From the NCBI GenBank assembly GCA_040386295.1, contig JAZKFR010000038.1, positions 4,933 through 52,477 on the forward strand: a stretch of 47,545 nt of DNA. Direction: 5' to 3'. This document shows, piece after piece, positions 26,900 to 36,538 of this stretch; positions within the stretch are counted from its first letter, which is position 1; each line of letters starts with the position of its first letter. The translations under genes and the position numbers were made by a program. The notes under the pieces are model-generated. The model saw nothing but the letters and a program-made list of their open reading frames with translations. It was not told the origin of the DNA and did no database searches. The DNA is from Pseudomonadota bacterium. Its GTDB lineage: Bacteria > Pseudomonadota > Gammaproteobacteria > Burkholderiales > Rhodocyclaceae.

Positions 26900-27532
26900 A
26901 TGCTGCTCAATGAACTGCTCGAATTGCTGCGCTTTTGGCGCAAAGCTGATCGCCTCGGCCCCGACATCCCCCTCACGCACTGGCGACTGCATGTGAAATC
27001 ACTGATGCGTCCGCTTTGCCAAGCCAAGTTCCAGCATTTTGGCGAGGGTGCGGAATTTAGAGCGGGCGCCTACGCCGTCTGCTGCTCAAAAATCAGTCTA
27101 GGTAAACGGGTGGTCGTGCGACCGGGCAGCATGTTGTTTGCCGATCCGCGCCCCGATGGCGCCGGCATTCTGATTGAAGATGACGTGATGATGGGTTCTG
27201 GCGTGCATATTTACGTTCATAACCACCGCTTTGACGATCTGGATTTGCCTATTATTGACCAGGGCTATTTCCCCTCTCGTCCGGTGATACTTGAGCGTGG
27301 CTGCTGGCTGGGTGCGCAGACGGTAGTGCTACCGGGCGTACGCGTCGGACGCAACGCGGTGGTCGCTGCCGGCTCGGTAGTGACCAAGGACGTGCCTGCC
27401 GGCGTTGTAGTTGCGGGTGTGCCAGCGCGCCTGATCAGACAGATTGGCGGCGGCTACGCTGAGCAAGTCGAGGCTGGCCTAGTAGCGGCAGCGGAAGTCG
27501 ACAAACCCGCTGCGCTAAGCGCGCAGGCATGA
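26900..27532 (+). CDS. Hexapeptide-repeat (LbH) acetyltransferase, Mac/LacA-like
   Basis: A C-terminal left-handed beta-helix ([45 protein letters not shown]). The start could be ATG 26900 or TTG 26882. Confidence 0.75.
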   Translation: MLLNELLELLRFWRKADRLGPDIPLTHWRLHVKSLMRPLCQAKFQHFGEGAEFRAGAYAVCCSKISLGKRVVVRPGSMLFADPRPDGAGILIEDDVMMGSGVHIYVHNHRFDDLDLPIIDQGYFPSRPVILERGCWLGAQTVVLPGVRVGRNAVVAAGSVVTKDVPAGVVVAGVPARLIRQIGGGYAEQVEAGLVAAAEVDKPAALSAQA

Positions 27533-28677
27533 TGCGCGTCGTTTATCTGTCCTGCATTCCCTTGAGCGCGAAAGTAGCACGCGACTGGTATATCGACCAC
27601 TTGCTTGATTCCGGCGTCGACCTTCAATTCTGGGACATCACCCAGCTGTTGCGCGGCAAGGTCAATGAACATCATCAGCAGCAAGCAGCTTATGTTCGAG
27701 AGCTTGATGCACTACCTCTGCTTGAACAAGCAATCATCGCCTACCGTGACGCCGTTTTTGTCCTCCTCGTGCCTAAGACCTGGCAGTTTAAATCAGTGTT
27801 TCGCCTACTTTCTCGCCATCTCTGCAAAACTGCCATCGTCAAATGGGGGGCGATGCCAAGCTACGCGCCTAGCTCGCGTAACACTGTGCTCCATCTGCTG
27901 CGCTCACCGTATCTCTTGTTGTCAAAAATCAAAAATCGCTGCCACGCTTTTTTGCTGAACAGTCCGCGCTATGGACGACGCTATGACCTCGTCTTTGCTG
28001 CCGGACAGGTGATGTTGGCGCAAAGCGGAGCGGCAGCTAAGACGGTAGCTATTGGCTTGTGCGACTACGACCAATACACGCTGGCGTGTAGCAGCGAGCG
28101 CCTTGTAGCCTCTCGGTACGCAGTTTTTCTCGACATCTATCTACCCTATCAGTCGGATCTTCCCCTGGTAGGCATGCAAGCGGTCAATCCGGCAACTTAT
28201 TTCGCCGCGTTGCACCGTTTTTTTTCCTTAATCGAGTCGCGCTATGGGCTTGAGGTGGTCATCGCCACGCATCCCAAAGCGCGCTACCTGGACAATGAGT
28301 ACCGAGGTAGAAAGCTGATCCACGGCAAGACGCCCGAGCTGGTCAAAGATGCCGAACTCGTGCTTTGCCACGCCAGTACCTCGGTAAGCTATGCGGTACT
28401 CAACCGAAAACCGCTCTGGCTGATCTACACAGACGAGATGGCTCGCCTGTATGAACAAAATTTCATGCGGCAAATAAGGAATTTGGCCGCTTACCTGAAG
28501 ACGCCCTTACTCAATGCCACTCAGGCAGAGCAGAACGACCTGCCGCCTCTTGAGCCACCCAACGAAGAAGCTTATGCCAACTATCAGCGCGACTTTATCG
28601 TCACGCCCGACGTCACCGGCGGGCAAAGCAAAGAGATTTTTTTGCGCGCGCTGCGTGCACTTGCGCATAGCGCTTGA
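27529..28677 (+). CDS. Orphan 382-aa protein, possible sialyltransferase-like GT-B enzyme
   Basis: The start forms an ATGA overlap with the acetyltransferase stop. The pattern is Rossmann-like ([35 protein letters not shown]). The ATHPK segment resembles the HP motif of bacterial sialyltransferases. Confidence 0.5.
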   Translation: MMRVVYLSCIPLSAKVARDWYIDHLLDSGVDLQFWDITQLLRGKVNEHHQQQAAYVRELDALPLLEQAIIAYRDAVFVLLVPKTWQFKSVFRLLSRHLCKTAIVKWGAMPSYAPSSRNTVLHLLRSPYLLLSKIKNRCHAFLLNSPRYGRRYDLVFAAGQVMLAQSGAAAKTVAIGLCDYDQYTLACSSERLVASRYAVFLDIYLPYQSDLPLVGMQAVNPATYFAALHRFFSLIESRYGLEVVIATHPKARYLDNEYRGRKLIHGKTPELVKDAELVLCHASTSVSYAVLNRKPLWLIYTDEMARLYEQNFMRQIRNLAAYLKTPLLNATQAEQNDLPPLEPPNEEAYANYQRDFIVTPDVTGGQSKEIFLRALRALAHSA

Positions 28678-28699
28678 TTTTTGCCTCGGGACAAACTGA

Positions 28700-29530
28700 A
28701 TGAGTCATGAAAATAATGCACCAACGGATCTGAGCCGCTTTTATGCTGAATGGTCCAGCAAGAGCGCACAAGACATCGCCTTTGACATCGGCTCAGCTGA
28801 GCGTAAGGCCGAAGCAATGCTCAGGCTGATCCCAAGCCCGCTGCTGGGTTCGCTGCGTCGACTGCTTGATTTTGGCTGTGGCTACGGTGCGCTTATTTTG
28901 AATTTGCAGCGTCTGCTTCCTACCAACATCGAATCGGCACTGGGCATCGATTTTTCTGAAGCGGCGATTACGGTTGCACGCGCGCGCTGCGATCACCCGT
29001 CGCTGCGCTATGAAAAATTGCCGCAACTCGACATCCGCGACAACATGACTTTTTTAGAGGAACACTTATCTGACGGTGTAGACGCAATTTTGCTCATTGA
29101 TCTGCTCGAGCACGTACCCGATTGCCGTAGCCTGATCGCAGCCTTGGCACCGTTCACGCGACTGTTTCTGATCAAACTGCCGGTTGAGTCCTCACTGCTA
29201 GACAATTACCTTCTGCCAAAAGAGTATCCAAGCTCGACGCACAGCAACGGACACCTACGTGAATTCGACGCAAACAACGTGCACTATTTCATTCGCAGCC
29301 TGGGCTTAACACCCGTTTTCGAGACACTATACCGCTACGAATCAGTCGACTCGTTCCCCCCACTACCCGCAGGAACGTCAATCAAGAGACGCTTCGCCCG
29401 TCAACTCATCAAGTCGATCAAGACCCTGCTCTCCTGGCTACTGCCGACTAAGCTTTTTCTGCGTTTGGTCGGCGGTGGCGGTTATCTCTGTGTTGCGAGC
29501 TTCAACGCGCAACATGTGTTGAAGCCTTGA
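28700..29530 (+). CDS. Class I SAM-dependent methyltransferase
   Basis: Motif I LLDFGCGYGAL and a post-motif ILLIDLLEHV. Confidence 0.75.
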   Translation: MSHENNAPTDLSRFYAEWSSKSAQDIAFDIGSAERKAEAMLRLIPSPLLGSLRRLLDFGCGYGALILNLQRLLPTNIESALGIDFSEAAITVARARCDHPSLRYEKLPQLDIRDNMTFLEEHLSDGVDAILLIDLLEHVPDCRSLIAALAPFTRLFLIKLPVESSLLDNYLLPKEYPSSTHSNGHLREFDANNVHYFIRSLGLTPVFETLYRYESVDSFPPLPAGTSIKRRFARQLIKSIKTLLSWLLPTKLFLRLVGGGGYLCVASFNAQHVLKP

Positions 29531-29562
29531 TTGACGCTTAATTAATGTCTAATTGAACGCTA

Positions 29563-30246
29563 ATGTACGAACAAAAACGCTTAACTTTCGCGCGCGGCCA
29601 GCGCAAAAGCATGGATGGCCTGATGCAGGAGCAGATTGCCACCTTTTTGCCAAGCGCCCCTGTTGCTCGGGTGCTCGATTACGGTGCTGGCAATTCGCCC
29701 TACCGTCATGTTATTTGCTGCGAGCATTATCTTCGCGCTGACCTTAGCCAGAACCTCGCGGGGGATATTGATCAACTGATCATTCCCGGAGAACAACTGC
29801 CATTTGCGCCTGCCTCCTTCAACCTCATTCTCTTGCTCGACGTACTCGAACATCTTGCCGACCCCGCTTTCGTTCTCCGCGACATCAAACGTCTACTCGC
29901 ACCGCAAGGGCGTTTGATCATCAGCGTGCCTTTTCTCTACCGAGAGCACGAAACACCGCATGATTTCGCTCGTTATACGGCCTTCGGCATACGTCAATTG
30001 ATCGCTAATCAAGAAGGGACAGTGCTTCGGCTTAAAAAGGTAGGTAATGTTTTCTATACCTTGCTCTCGCTATTTCTTGAGCGCGGTATCGTCAATGGTG
30101 AACGCAACCGCCTCGGCTTGCCTGGGCGAATCGTCAATCGTGTTGCGTGCTGGCTCGTGCCCTTGCTGGCACCGCTACTACACAGCCCAGCGAGCGCCGA
30201 CGCCGGGATCTACCATCATCTGTTGCTGGAGGTCGGCTTCAGTTGA
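29563..30246 (+). CDS. Class I SAM-dependent methyltransferase
   Basis: VLDYGAGNSPY (motif I) and ILLLDVLEHLADP. Confidence 0.75.
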   Translation: MYEQKRLTFARGQRKSMDGLMQEQIATFLPSAPVARVLDYGAGNSPYRHVICCEHYLRADLSQNLAGDIDQLIIPGEQLPFAPASFNLILLLDVLEHLADPAFVLRDIKRLLAPQGRLIISVPFLYREHETPHDFARYTAFGIRQLIANQEGTVLRLKKVGNVFYTLLSLFLERGIVNGERNRLGLPGRIVNRVACWLVPLLAPLLHSPASADAGIYHHLLLEVGFS

Positions 30247-31547
30247 GAACCGCCTTCTTCACGCAAAACATCAAGCAGGGCGGACTCGATACCTTCGTCC
30301 TGAATTTGCTGAGCAGCTGGCCTGGAGCTGAAGAGATCGTCCTCTTTTGCAATCGTTCGCATCCCGGATTCGACACACTGCACCAACAGTTGGCCGGGAA
30401 AGCGACCGTTGTGCCGTACGATTTCTTCATCGCTCAGGACATCAGCCTGCGTTTGGCGCGGGCGCCTAGCCTACTCCGCCTCGGCTTCCGCGCGGCTTTC
30501 TGGTTGTTTGGTTTTCCTTATCTGGTTTTTAAAACAGCGCAGCTCTTCAAGCAGTTTGATCCCGACCGTTTGCTCGTGATTAACGGCGGCTATCCTGGTG
30601 GCGATGCCTGTCTGGCGGCGACCGTGGCGTGGGGTTGGCAATACCGTGGGCGCAAACAACGCGCCTGGCATAATTTTCATAATTTAGTGCTGCCTTATTC
30701 GCGGCAGCCGCTACGCAGATTTAAAGAACAACTGATTGATCGATTGGTCGCGCGCACGGCTGCCGGTTTTGTCACCGTATCGCAAGCGTGCATGGCGACG
30801 CTTGATAGCAGAGCGCCCTTGGCGACAGCGCAGAGAAGCTTCATTTATAACGGGATCGCGCCGTTGGCTGCAAAGACCGAAGCCAAAGCTGAGACGGCGC
30901 TGCTCAGCGAGCTAAGTTTGCCGGCCGATACACGCCTGATTCTCATGCTCGCCGTCTATGAGCCGAGGAAGGGGCACGCGTTTATCATCCACGCGATGGA
31001 CGAGTTAGTGCGTCTTTGCCCGACGGCAGCGCTCCTAATTTGTGGCGATGGCAACGCGGCAGAAGTAGCCGCAGTTCAACGCTTGCGTGACGCGTCTGCG
31101 GTGGCGCAGCGGATTGTTTTGCAAGGCCACCGTCAGGACATCGCTCATTTGTTGGCACAGGCCAAGGTGCTGGTGCTGCCCTCGCAGGAACAAGAATCCT
31201 TCGGCTACACTGCTGCCGAAGCCATGTCCTGCGGCTGCCCGGTGGTGGTCACCGAGGTAGGTGGCTTACCCGAGGTCGTCGACGACGGGGGCAGCGGCTA
31301 CGTTGTGCCACGTGCAGATGCGTCTGCACTGGTAGCGCGGATTGCCGCGTTGCTCCAGGATGAGACGCTGAGGCAACGCATGGGCGACGCAGGTAAAGCC
31401 CGTTATCACGCCTTATTCCGCGCTGCCTGCATGTCGGCTCAGTATTTTCGTCTGCTGGAAACGTCGGATCAAACAAACGACGCTGCGGCAAGGCAAGCGC
31501 AGGCAAGCCCCCCCAATCAGTCGGCTCAACCCACACGGGCTGAATAA
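30243..31547 (+). CDS. GT4-family (GT-B) glycosyltransferase
   Basis: EQESFGYTAAEAMSCGCPVVVTEVGGLPEVV, the E-x7-E retaining GT-B signature. The likely TTG start at 30243 overlaps the upstream TGA. The tracked 30147 start would overlap the methyltransferase by 100 nt. Confidence 0.75.
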   Translation: MRTAFFTQNIKQGGLDTFVLNLLSSWPGAEEIVLFCNRSHPGFDTLHQQLAGKATVVPYDFFIAQDISLRLARAPSLLRLGFRAAFWLFGFPYLVFKTAQLFKQFDPDRLLVINGGYPGGDACLAATVAWGWQYRGRKQRAWHNFHNLVLPYSRQPLRRFKEQLIDRLVARTAAGFVTVSQACMATLDSRAPLATAQRSFIYNGIAPLAAKTEAKAETALLSELSLPADTRLILMLAVYEPRKGHAFIIHAMDELVRLCPTAALLICGDGNAAEVAAVQRLRDASAVAQRIVLQGHRQDIAHLLAQAKVLVLPSQEQESFGYTAAEAMSCGCPVVVTEVGGLPEVVDDGGSGYVVPRADASALVARIAALLQDETLRQRMGDAGKARYHALFRAACMSAQYFRLLETSDQTNDAAARQAQASPPNQSAQPTRAE

Positions 31548-31575
31548 GCCTACTTAAATCATCAGCGAGGTAGCA

Positions 31576-32352
31576 ATGAAAGTAGTCATTCTCTGTGGCG
31601 GTTACGGCACGCGCATACGTGACGTGAGCGACGATATTCCCAAGCCCATGATTCCGATTGGCCGTTTTCCTATTCTCTGGCACATCATGAAGTACTACGC
31701 GAGCTACGGTCATCGCGACTTTGTGCTTTGCCTCGGATACAAAAGCCATGTAATCAAGGATTTCTTCCTGAACTACGAAGCGCATACCAAGGATTTCACG
31801 ATCGATCTTGGGCGCAAAGATAAGCTCACCTTCCATACCGAGCATGAGGAATCTGACTGGACAGTGACGCTCGCCGAGACCGGGCTCGGCGCCATGACGG
31901 GGGCACGCATCAAGCGTATCCAAAAATATGTAGGTGACGAGGATTTCATGCTGACCTACGGCGATGGCGTCGGCAACGTCGATCTTGACGCCTTGCTCAA
32001 GACCCACCAGCAACACGGTCGGGCGCTCACCGTAACCGGCGTTCGTCCACCCGGACGTTTTGGCGAGCTCAGGCACAGCGAGGGCGTAATCACTGAATTC
32101 AACGAGAAACCGCAAGCCACCGGAGGCCGCATTTCGGGCGGCTATTTTGTCGCCACGCGCAAATTATTCGATTATTTGAACGATGACGAAACACTGGTTT
32201 TCGAGCAGCAACCGATGCGTGAGCTCGTTACCGAGCGGCAATTGGGCGTCTTTGAACACGATGGCTTCTGGCAGCCGATGGATACCAGCCGCGAATACCA
32301 GTTGCTTAATTCGCTTTACGATCACGGAGGTGCGCCTTGGGTACGTTGGTAA
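31576..32352 (+). CDS. rfbF: Glucose-1-phosphate cytidylyltransferase
   Basis: MKVVILCGGYGTRIRD...IPKPMIPIG...LCLGYK; the length and motifs match RfbF/DdhA. Confidence 0.85.
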   Translation: MKVVILCGGYGTRIRDVSDDIPKPMIPIGRFPILWHIMKYYASYGHRDFVLCLGYKSHVIKDFFLNYEAHTKDFTIDLGRKDKLTFHTEHEESDWTVTLAETGLGAMTGARIKRIQKYVGDEDFMLTYGDGVGNVDLDALLKTHQQHGRALTVTGVRPPGRFGELRHSEGVITEFNEKPQATGGRISGGYFVATRKLFDYLNDDETLVFEQQPMRELVTERQLGVFEHDGFWQPMDTSREYQLLNSLYDHGGAPWVRW

Positions 32353-33422
32353 AAGATGCTTACCTAGGCGTTTTTCGCGGCAAACGCGTTCTGGTAACGG
32401 GGCATACTGGATTCAAAGGCTCCTGGCTGACCCTATTACTCACCTCTTTAGGTGCTGAAGTGATGGGTTATGCGCTGCCGGCTCAAGATGCAGAAAGCCA
32501 CTTCGCCTGCCTGGGTCTCGAAGACTCAATTCGCCACATCACGGGGGATATTCGTGATGGTGCACGCGTGCTGGCCGAAGTCTCGGCTTTTCAGCCAGAA
32601 ATCGTTTTTCATTTGGCGGCACAGGCGCTAGTGCGACCGTCCTACTTTGACCCCAAAACAACTTTTGACGTCAATCTTGGCGGCGGGGTCAATCTTCTAG
32701 AAGCGGTGCGGCAATGCGCTAGCGTGCGCGCACTGGTCTTTGTCACCTCTGATAAGTGTTACGAAAATCTAGAGTGGATATGGGGCTACCGCGAATCGGA
32801 CACGCTCGGCGGACACGATCCTTACAGCGCCTCCAAAGGCGCCGTCGAACTGGTCTTCTCGTCGTATTTGCGCTCGTTCTTCGCGCAGCGAGCAGACTTC
32901 GGCGCCGCCAGCGTGCGCGCGGGTAACGTCATCGGGGGCGGGGATTGGGCGGCAGATCGTATTGTCCCCGACTGCATTCGCGCCCTACGCGCCGGGCAGC
33001 CGATCATTATTCGCAGCCCTGAGGCGACACGCCCTTGGCAGCACGTACTCGAACCGCTATCGGGCTACCTCAAGTTGGCGGCGAGTTTATACGAGCACGG
33101 ACACGCTTACGCTGGCGCTTGGAATTTTGGCCCGCATGTGGGCGATGTGCGCACGGTGCTCGACGTAGCCAAGACCCTTGCGGCGCAATTTGAGCAGGCG
33201 CAAGTGCTTGTCGATGCGCCACAACACAAAGTACACGAAGCGCAGTTGCTTCAACTCAACAGCGACAAGGCGCGCCAGCGCTTAAACTGGGACACGCGCT
33301 GGGATTTTGCACAAACCTTGGCGGCGACGGGTGGCTGGTACAAAGCAGTGCTGATCGAGGGCAAACCAGCCACGCTCGTTTCGCGCGAACAAATTTCTCA
33401 ATACTACGGAGGCCAACTGTGA
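32337..33422 (+). CDS. rfbG: CDP-glucose 4,6-dehydratase
   Basis: VLVTGHTGFKGSWL, YSASK and a 361-aa length, directly downstream of rfbF. The TTG start is provisional. Confidence 0.85.
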   Translation: MGTLVKDAYLGVFRGKRVLVTGHTGFKGSWLTLLLTSLGAEVMGYALPAQDAESHFACLGLEDSIRHITGDIRDGARVLAEVSAFQPEIVFHLAAQALVRPSYFDPKTTFDVNLGGGVNLLEAVRQCASVRALVFVTSDKCYENLEWIWGYRESDTLGGHDPYSASKGAVELVFSSYLRSFFAQRADFGAASVRAGNVIGGGDWAADRIVPDCIRALRAGQPIIIRSPEATRPWQHVLEPLSGYLKLAASLYEHGHAYAGAWNFGPHVGDVRTVLDVAKTLAAQFEQAQVLVDAPQHKVHEAQLLQLNSDKARQRLNWDTRWDFAQTLAATGGWYKAVLIEGKPATLVSREQISQYYGGQL

Positions 33423-33868
33423 TTGATGGCGTCATCGTGACCCCCTTAAAACAAATCGCCGACGAGCGGGGAAAAGTCATGCACATGCTGCGCAACGATG
33501 CGCCGCATTTTGCTGGCTTCGGCGAAATCTATTTCTCTACCGTCCATCCCGGCGCAATCAAGGGCTGGCACGTGCATCAGCGGATGATCCTGAATTACGC
33601 AGTACCGCAGGGCATGATCAAATTCGTTCTCTACGACGACCGCCCTGGCAGTAAAACGCAAGGCGTGGTGCAGGAGCTCTTTCTCGGCGTCGACAACTAC
33701 TGTTTGGTCACCGTGCCGCCCAGGGTTTGGAACGGCTTTAAGGGGATCGGTACGGAGACCGCACTGGTGGCCAATTGCGCGAGTATTGCGCACGACCCGT
33801 ATGAGATCGAACGCAAAGATCCGTTCGATCCTGCGATTCCCTACGACTGGGCGATCAAACACCGATGA
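33419..33868 (+). CDS. Short RmlC-like cupin NDP-4-keto-6-deoxyhexose epimerase
   Basis: GEIYFSTVHPGAIKGWHVHQRM...; a 149-aa cupin. The GTGA start overlaps the rfbG stop. Confidence 0.7.
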   Translation: MIDGVIVTPLKQIADERGKVMHMLRNDAPHFAGFGEIYFSTVHPGAIKGWHVHQRMILNYAVPQGMIKFVLYDDRPGSKTQGVVQELFLGVDNYCLVTVPPRVWNGFKGIGTETALVANCASIAHDPYEIERKDPFDPAIPYDWAIKHR

Positions 33869-33875
33869 AACACCA

Positions 33876-34862
33876 ATGAAACAGCGCGTCCTAATTACCG
33901 GCGGCCTTGGCTACGTCGGCGGTCGCATCGCGCAAGCGCTGCTTACAGCGGGCCATTCAGTACGTTGCGGCACGCGCCGCGCAAACTTGTCGGCACCGGC
34001 GTGGCTGCCTGAGATGGCACTGGTCAGGCTCGACTGGGCGTCGCCCGATTCGCTCGCTGAGGCCTGTCGCGGCATCGAATGCGTTATTCATCTGGCCGCC
34101 ATGAACGAAATCGAATCAGCGCAAGATCCGCTAGGTGCTTTGCAGATGAATGGCTTAGCCAGCTTGCGCCTACTCGAAGCCGCCAAACACGCCGCTGTTC
34201 GACGCTTTATTTATTTTTCAACGGCGCATGTCTATGGCGCACCGTTGCAAGGTGAGATTAGCGAAACCAGCCTGCCGCGACCGATCCATCCTTACGCCAT
34301 CACGCACAAAGTGGCCGAAGATTTTGTGTCGGCTGCACACGATCAGAAGCAAATCGAAGGGCTGGTCATTCGCCTATCGAATGGCTTTGGCGCACCACTG
34401 ACGGCACAAATCGATCGCTGGACGCTGTTAGTCAACGATCTATGCCGCCAAGCCGTGACTCGGGGTGAACTCAGTTTGAACAGCGCAGGCACTCAGTTGC
34501 GCGACTTCATTACGCTAGCCGACGTTGCGCGCGCGGTGAATCATCTGTTGCAACTCGATGTAACCCAGCTCGGCGATGGTTTGTTCAATTTAGGCAGCGG
34601 CGAATCCGTGTCTATCTTCGCAATGGCGCAACGCATTGCTGGACGTTGGCACGCGTTGAGCGGGCAAACTGCGCCCATCATCAGACCAGAACCGAAGCCA
34701 GCAGCAAACTCGAACAGCAATAGTCTCACCGTAGCGGCGCTCAACTACCGTTGCGCTAAGCTCGCTGCGACTGGCTTTGCGCTTACTTCGCAAGTCGACC
34801 GCGAGATCGACGACACCCTGCGTTTGTGCACACAAGCGTTTGGCCAGCAAAGAAAAATATGA
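33876..34862 (+). CDS. NAD(P)-dependent epimerase/reductase (extended SDR), likely a 4-ketoreductase
   Basis: VLITGGLGYVGGRI and YAITK. The start is at ATG 33876, because the tracked 33786 start overlaps the cupin gene. Confidence 0.7.
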   Translation: MKQRVLITGGLGYVGGRIAQALLTAGHSVRCGTRRANLSAPAWLPEMALVRLDWASPDSLAEACRGIECVIHLAAMNEIESAQDPLGALQMNGLASLRLLEAAKHAAVRRFIYFSTAHVYGAPLQGEISETSLPRPIHPYAITHKVAEDFVSAAHDQKQIEGLVIRLSNGFGAPLTAQIDRWTLLVNDLCRQAVTRGELSLNSAGTQLRDFITLADVARAVNHLLQLDVTQLGDGLFNLGSGESVSIFAMAQRIAGRWHALSGQTAPIIRPEPKPAANSNSNSLTVAALNYRCAKLAATGFALTSQVDREIDDTLRLCTQAFGQQRKI

Positions 34863-35746
34863 CCAATCCACGCGTCTCGATTGTCATCCCGACCTATAAC
34901 CATGCGCACTTCTTACGCACGGCGCTAGATTCAATCCTGGCGCAGACCGTGCAGGATTGGGAAGCCATCGTCGTCAATAACTTTTCTACTGACGATACGA
35001 TCGAGGTAGTTCAGTCCTACGACGACGCGCGCATCAAACTGGTTAATTTTGCTAACCACGGAATCATCTCTGCTGCGCGCAATCATGGCCTATCTTTGAC
35101 GCAAGCCCCGCTCGTCGCGTTTCTCGACTCGGACGACGCTTGGTATCCAAACAAGCTCGCGCTGTGTTTGGACAAACTGGCGCAAGGATATGACCTGGTG
35201 TGCCATGGCGAACTTTGGTTAGGGCCTGAGCAAAGGCGACGTACAGTGCACTACGGCCCTGCCGCCAGGGCGAGCTACGCAAGCTTGCTCCTGCAAGGTA
35301 ATTGCCTGTCGACCTCAGCTGTGGTCGTGCGCAGGGAATGCCTGGAGCAGGTTGGCGCGTTCAGCGTTCTGCCAGAATTTGTCACTGCCGAAGATTACGA
35401 ACTGTGGCTTAAATTAGCGCGCGCAGGCGTGCGCATCGCCTTCCTTGAAGACATCCTGGGTGAATACTTGATTCATGAGGCGAACCAAAGCCGCGCCGCA
35501 TTGCGCAATATGCAGGCGGTCATGGCCGTCTTCAAAGAGCATAGCGCGGCGCTGCCTGAGCAGGTTCCGGCGCGGCGTTTGCGTCGGCGCGAAGCCATTA
35601 TTTTTTATAGCGGCGCACGCGGTTTACAAGACAGCGGACAGTACCGGCAGGCATGGCCGTATTTTTTCAAAGCAGTGCTGCATTACCCCTGGGTTCTGCG
35701 CTTTTATGCCGCGATGCTGCTTAATGCCCTCGGGCGACGACCATGA
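34859..35746 (+). CDS. GT2-family glycosyltransferase
   Basis: VSIVIPTYNHAHFL...FLDSDD (GT-A DxD). The ATGA start overlaps the upstream stop. Confidence 0.8.
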   Translation: MTNPRVSIVIPTYNHAHFLRTALDSILAQTVQDWEAIVVNNFSTDDTIEVVQSYDDARIKLVNFANHGIISAARNHGLSLTQAPLVAFLDSDDAWYPNKLALCLDKLAQGYDLVCHGELWLGPEQRRRTVHYGPAARASYASLLLQGNCLSTSAVVVRRECLEQVGAFSVLPEFVTAEDYELWLKLARAGVRIAFLEDILGEYLIHEANQSRAALRNMQAVMAVFKEHSAALPEQVPARRLRRREAIIFYSGARGLQDSGQYRQAWPYFFKAVLHYPWVLRFYAAMLLNALGRRP

Positions 35747-35758
35747 AGGCTTAAGCGG

Positions 35759-36538
35759 ATGAGACTGCGTCGTTTTATTACGCGATCGATTGCGCAAGCG
35801 ATCGCTGCTGCCAATTGCTTTCGCTTGCCGCCAGAAGGTTTACGCGTGCTCATGTATCACGCGATCGGGACGCCCGCGCTGGGCGATCAATTAGGTTTAT
35901 TTTCCTTATCGCGCGAACGCTTTCAGCAGCATATGCGTTGGCTTGCAGCGCAAGCGCGCTTTAAGGTCGTCGCGCTGACGGAAAGCGTACTCGCGGCGCA
36001 GGGGCGCCGCGTTGCGATTAGCTTTGACGACGGCTATCTAGACAACCTGGAAGTCGCAGCGCCCATTCTGAGCGAGCTAGGCTTACCGTTTACGGTGTTC
36101 GTCACTTCAGAATTTGTCCGTACCGGCAAGCCAGGCTTTCTCTCTCCGTCGGCTCTGCGTAGCTTGGCCGCTTTACCCGGCGCGCAAATCGGCGCACACG
36201 GGGCAAATCACCTAGACCTAGCGCAATGCGACGAGCCGACTTTGCACGCCGAATTGCGCTCCAGCCGAGACTACCTAGAAGATGTGCTGGGCAGCCCGGT
36301 GCGCATGCTGGCGTATCCGTATGGCGCAGCCAATCTCCGTGTCAGAGCAGCTGCGCTGGCGGCGGGTTATCGACTCGGAGCCTGTAGTCAGGCGGGCATT
36401 AACCGCGCTCAGCGTGATCCTCTGTTATTGCGCCGCACTGAAGTGCTCGCTTGCGATAACGCACGCGTATTTGCGCAAAAGCTACATGGCGATTGGGATT
36501 GGTATCGTTGGCGCAGGCAGGATCCGGCATGTTTTTAA
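35759..36538 (+). CDS. Polysaccharide deacetylase (NodB homology, CE4)
   Basis: ISFDDGYLDN (Asp-Asp metal/catalytic motif), GAHGANH and LAYPYG. Confidence 0.8.
   Translation: MRLRRFITRSIAQAIAAANCFRLPPEGLRVLMYHAIGTPALGDQLGLFSLSRERFQQHMRWLAAQARFKVVALTESVLAAQGRRVAISFDDGYLDNLEVAAPILSELGLPFTVFVTSEFVRTGKPGFLSPSALRSLAALPGAQIGAHGANHLDLAQCDEPTLHAELRSSRDYLEDVLGSPVRMLAYPYGAANLRVRAAALAAGYRLGACSQAGINRAQRDPLLLRRTEVLACDNARVFAQKLHGDWDWYRWRRQDPACF

Noticed and set aside
31249-32115. 288-aa ORF on the minus strand
   Set aside because: It lies antisense across the 3' end of the GT4 gene and most of rfbF, both of which carry strong family motifs. Its translation is Arg/Pro/Ala-rich low-complexity sequence typical of shadow ORFs in GC-rich DNA.
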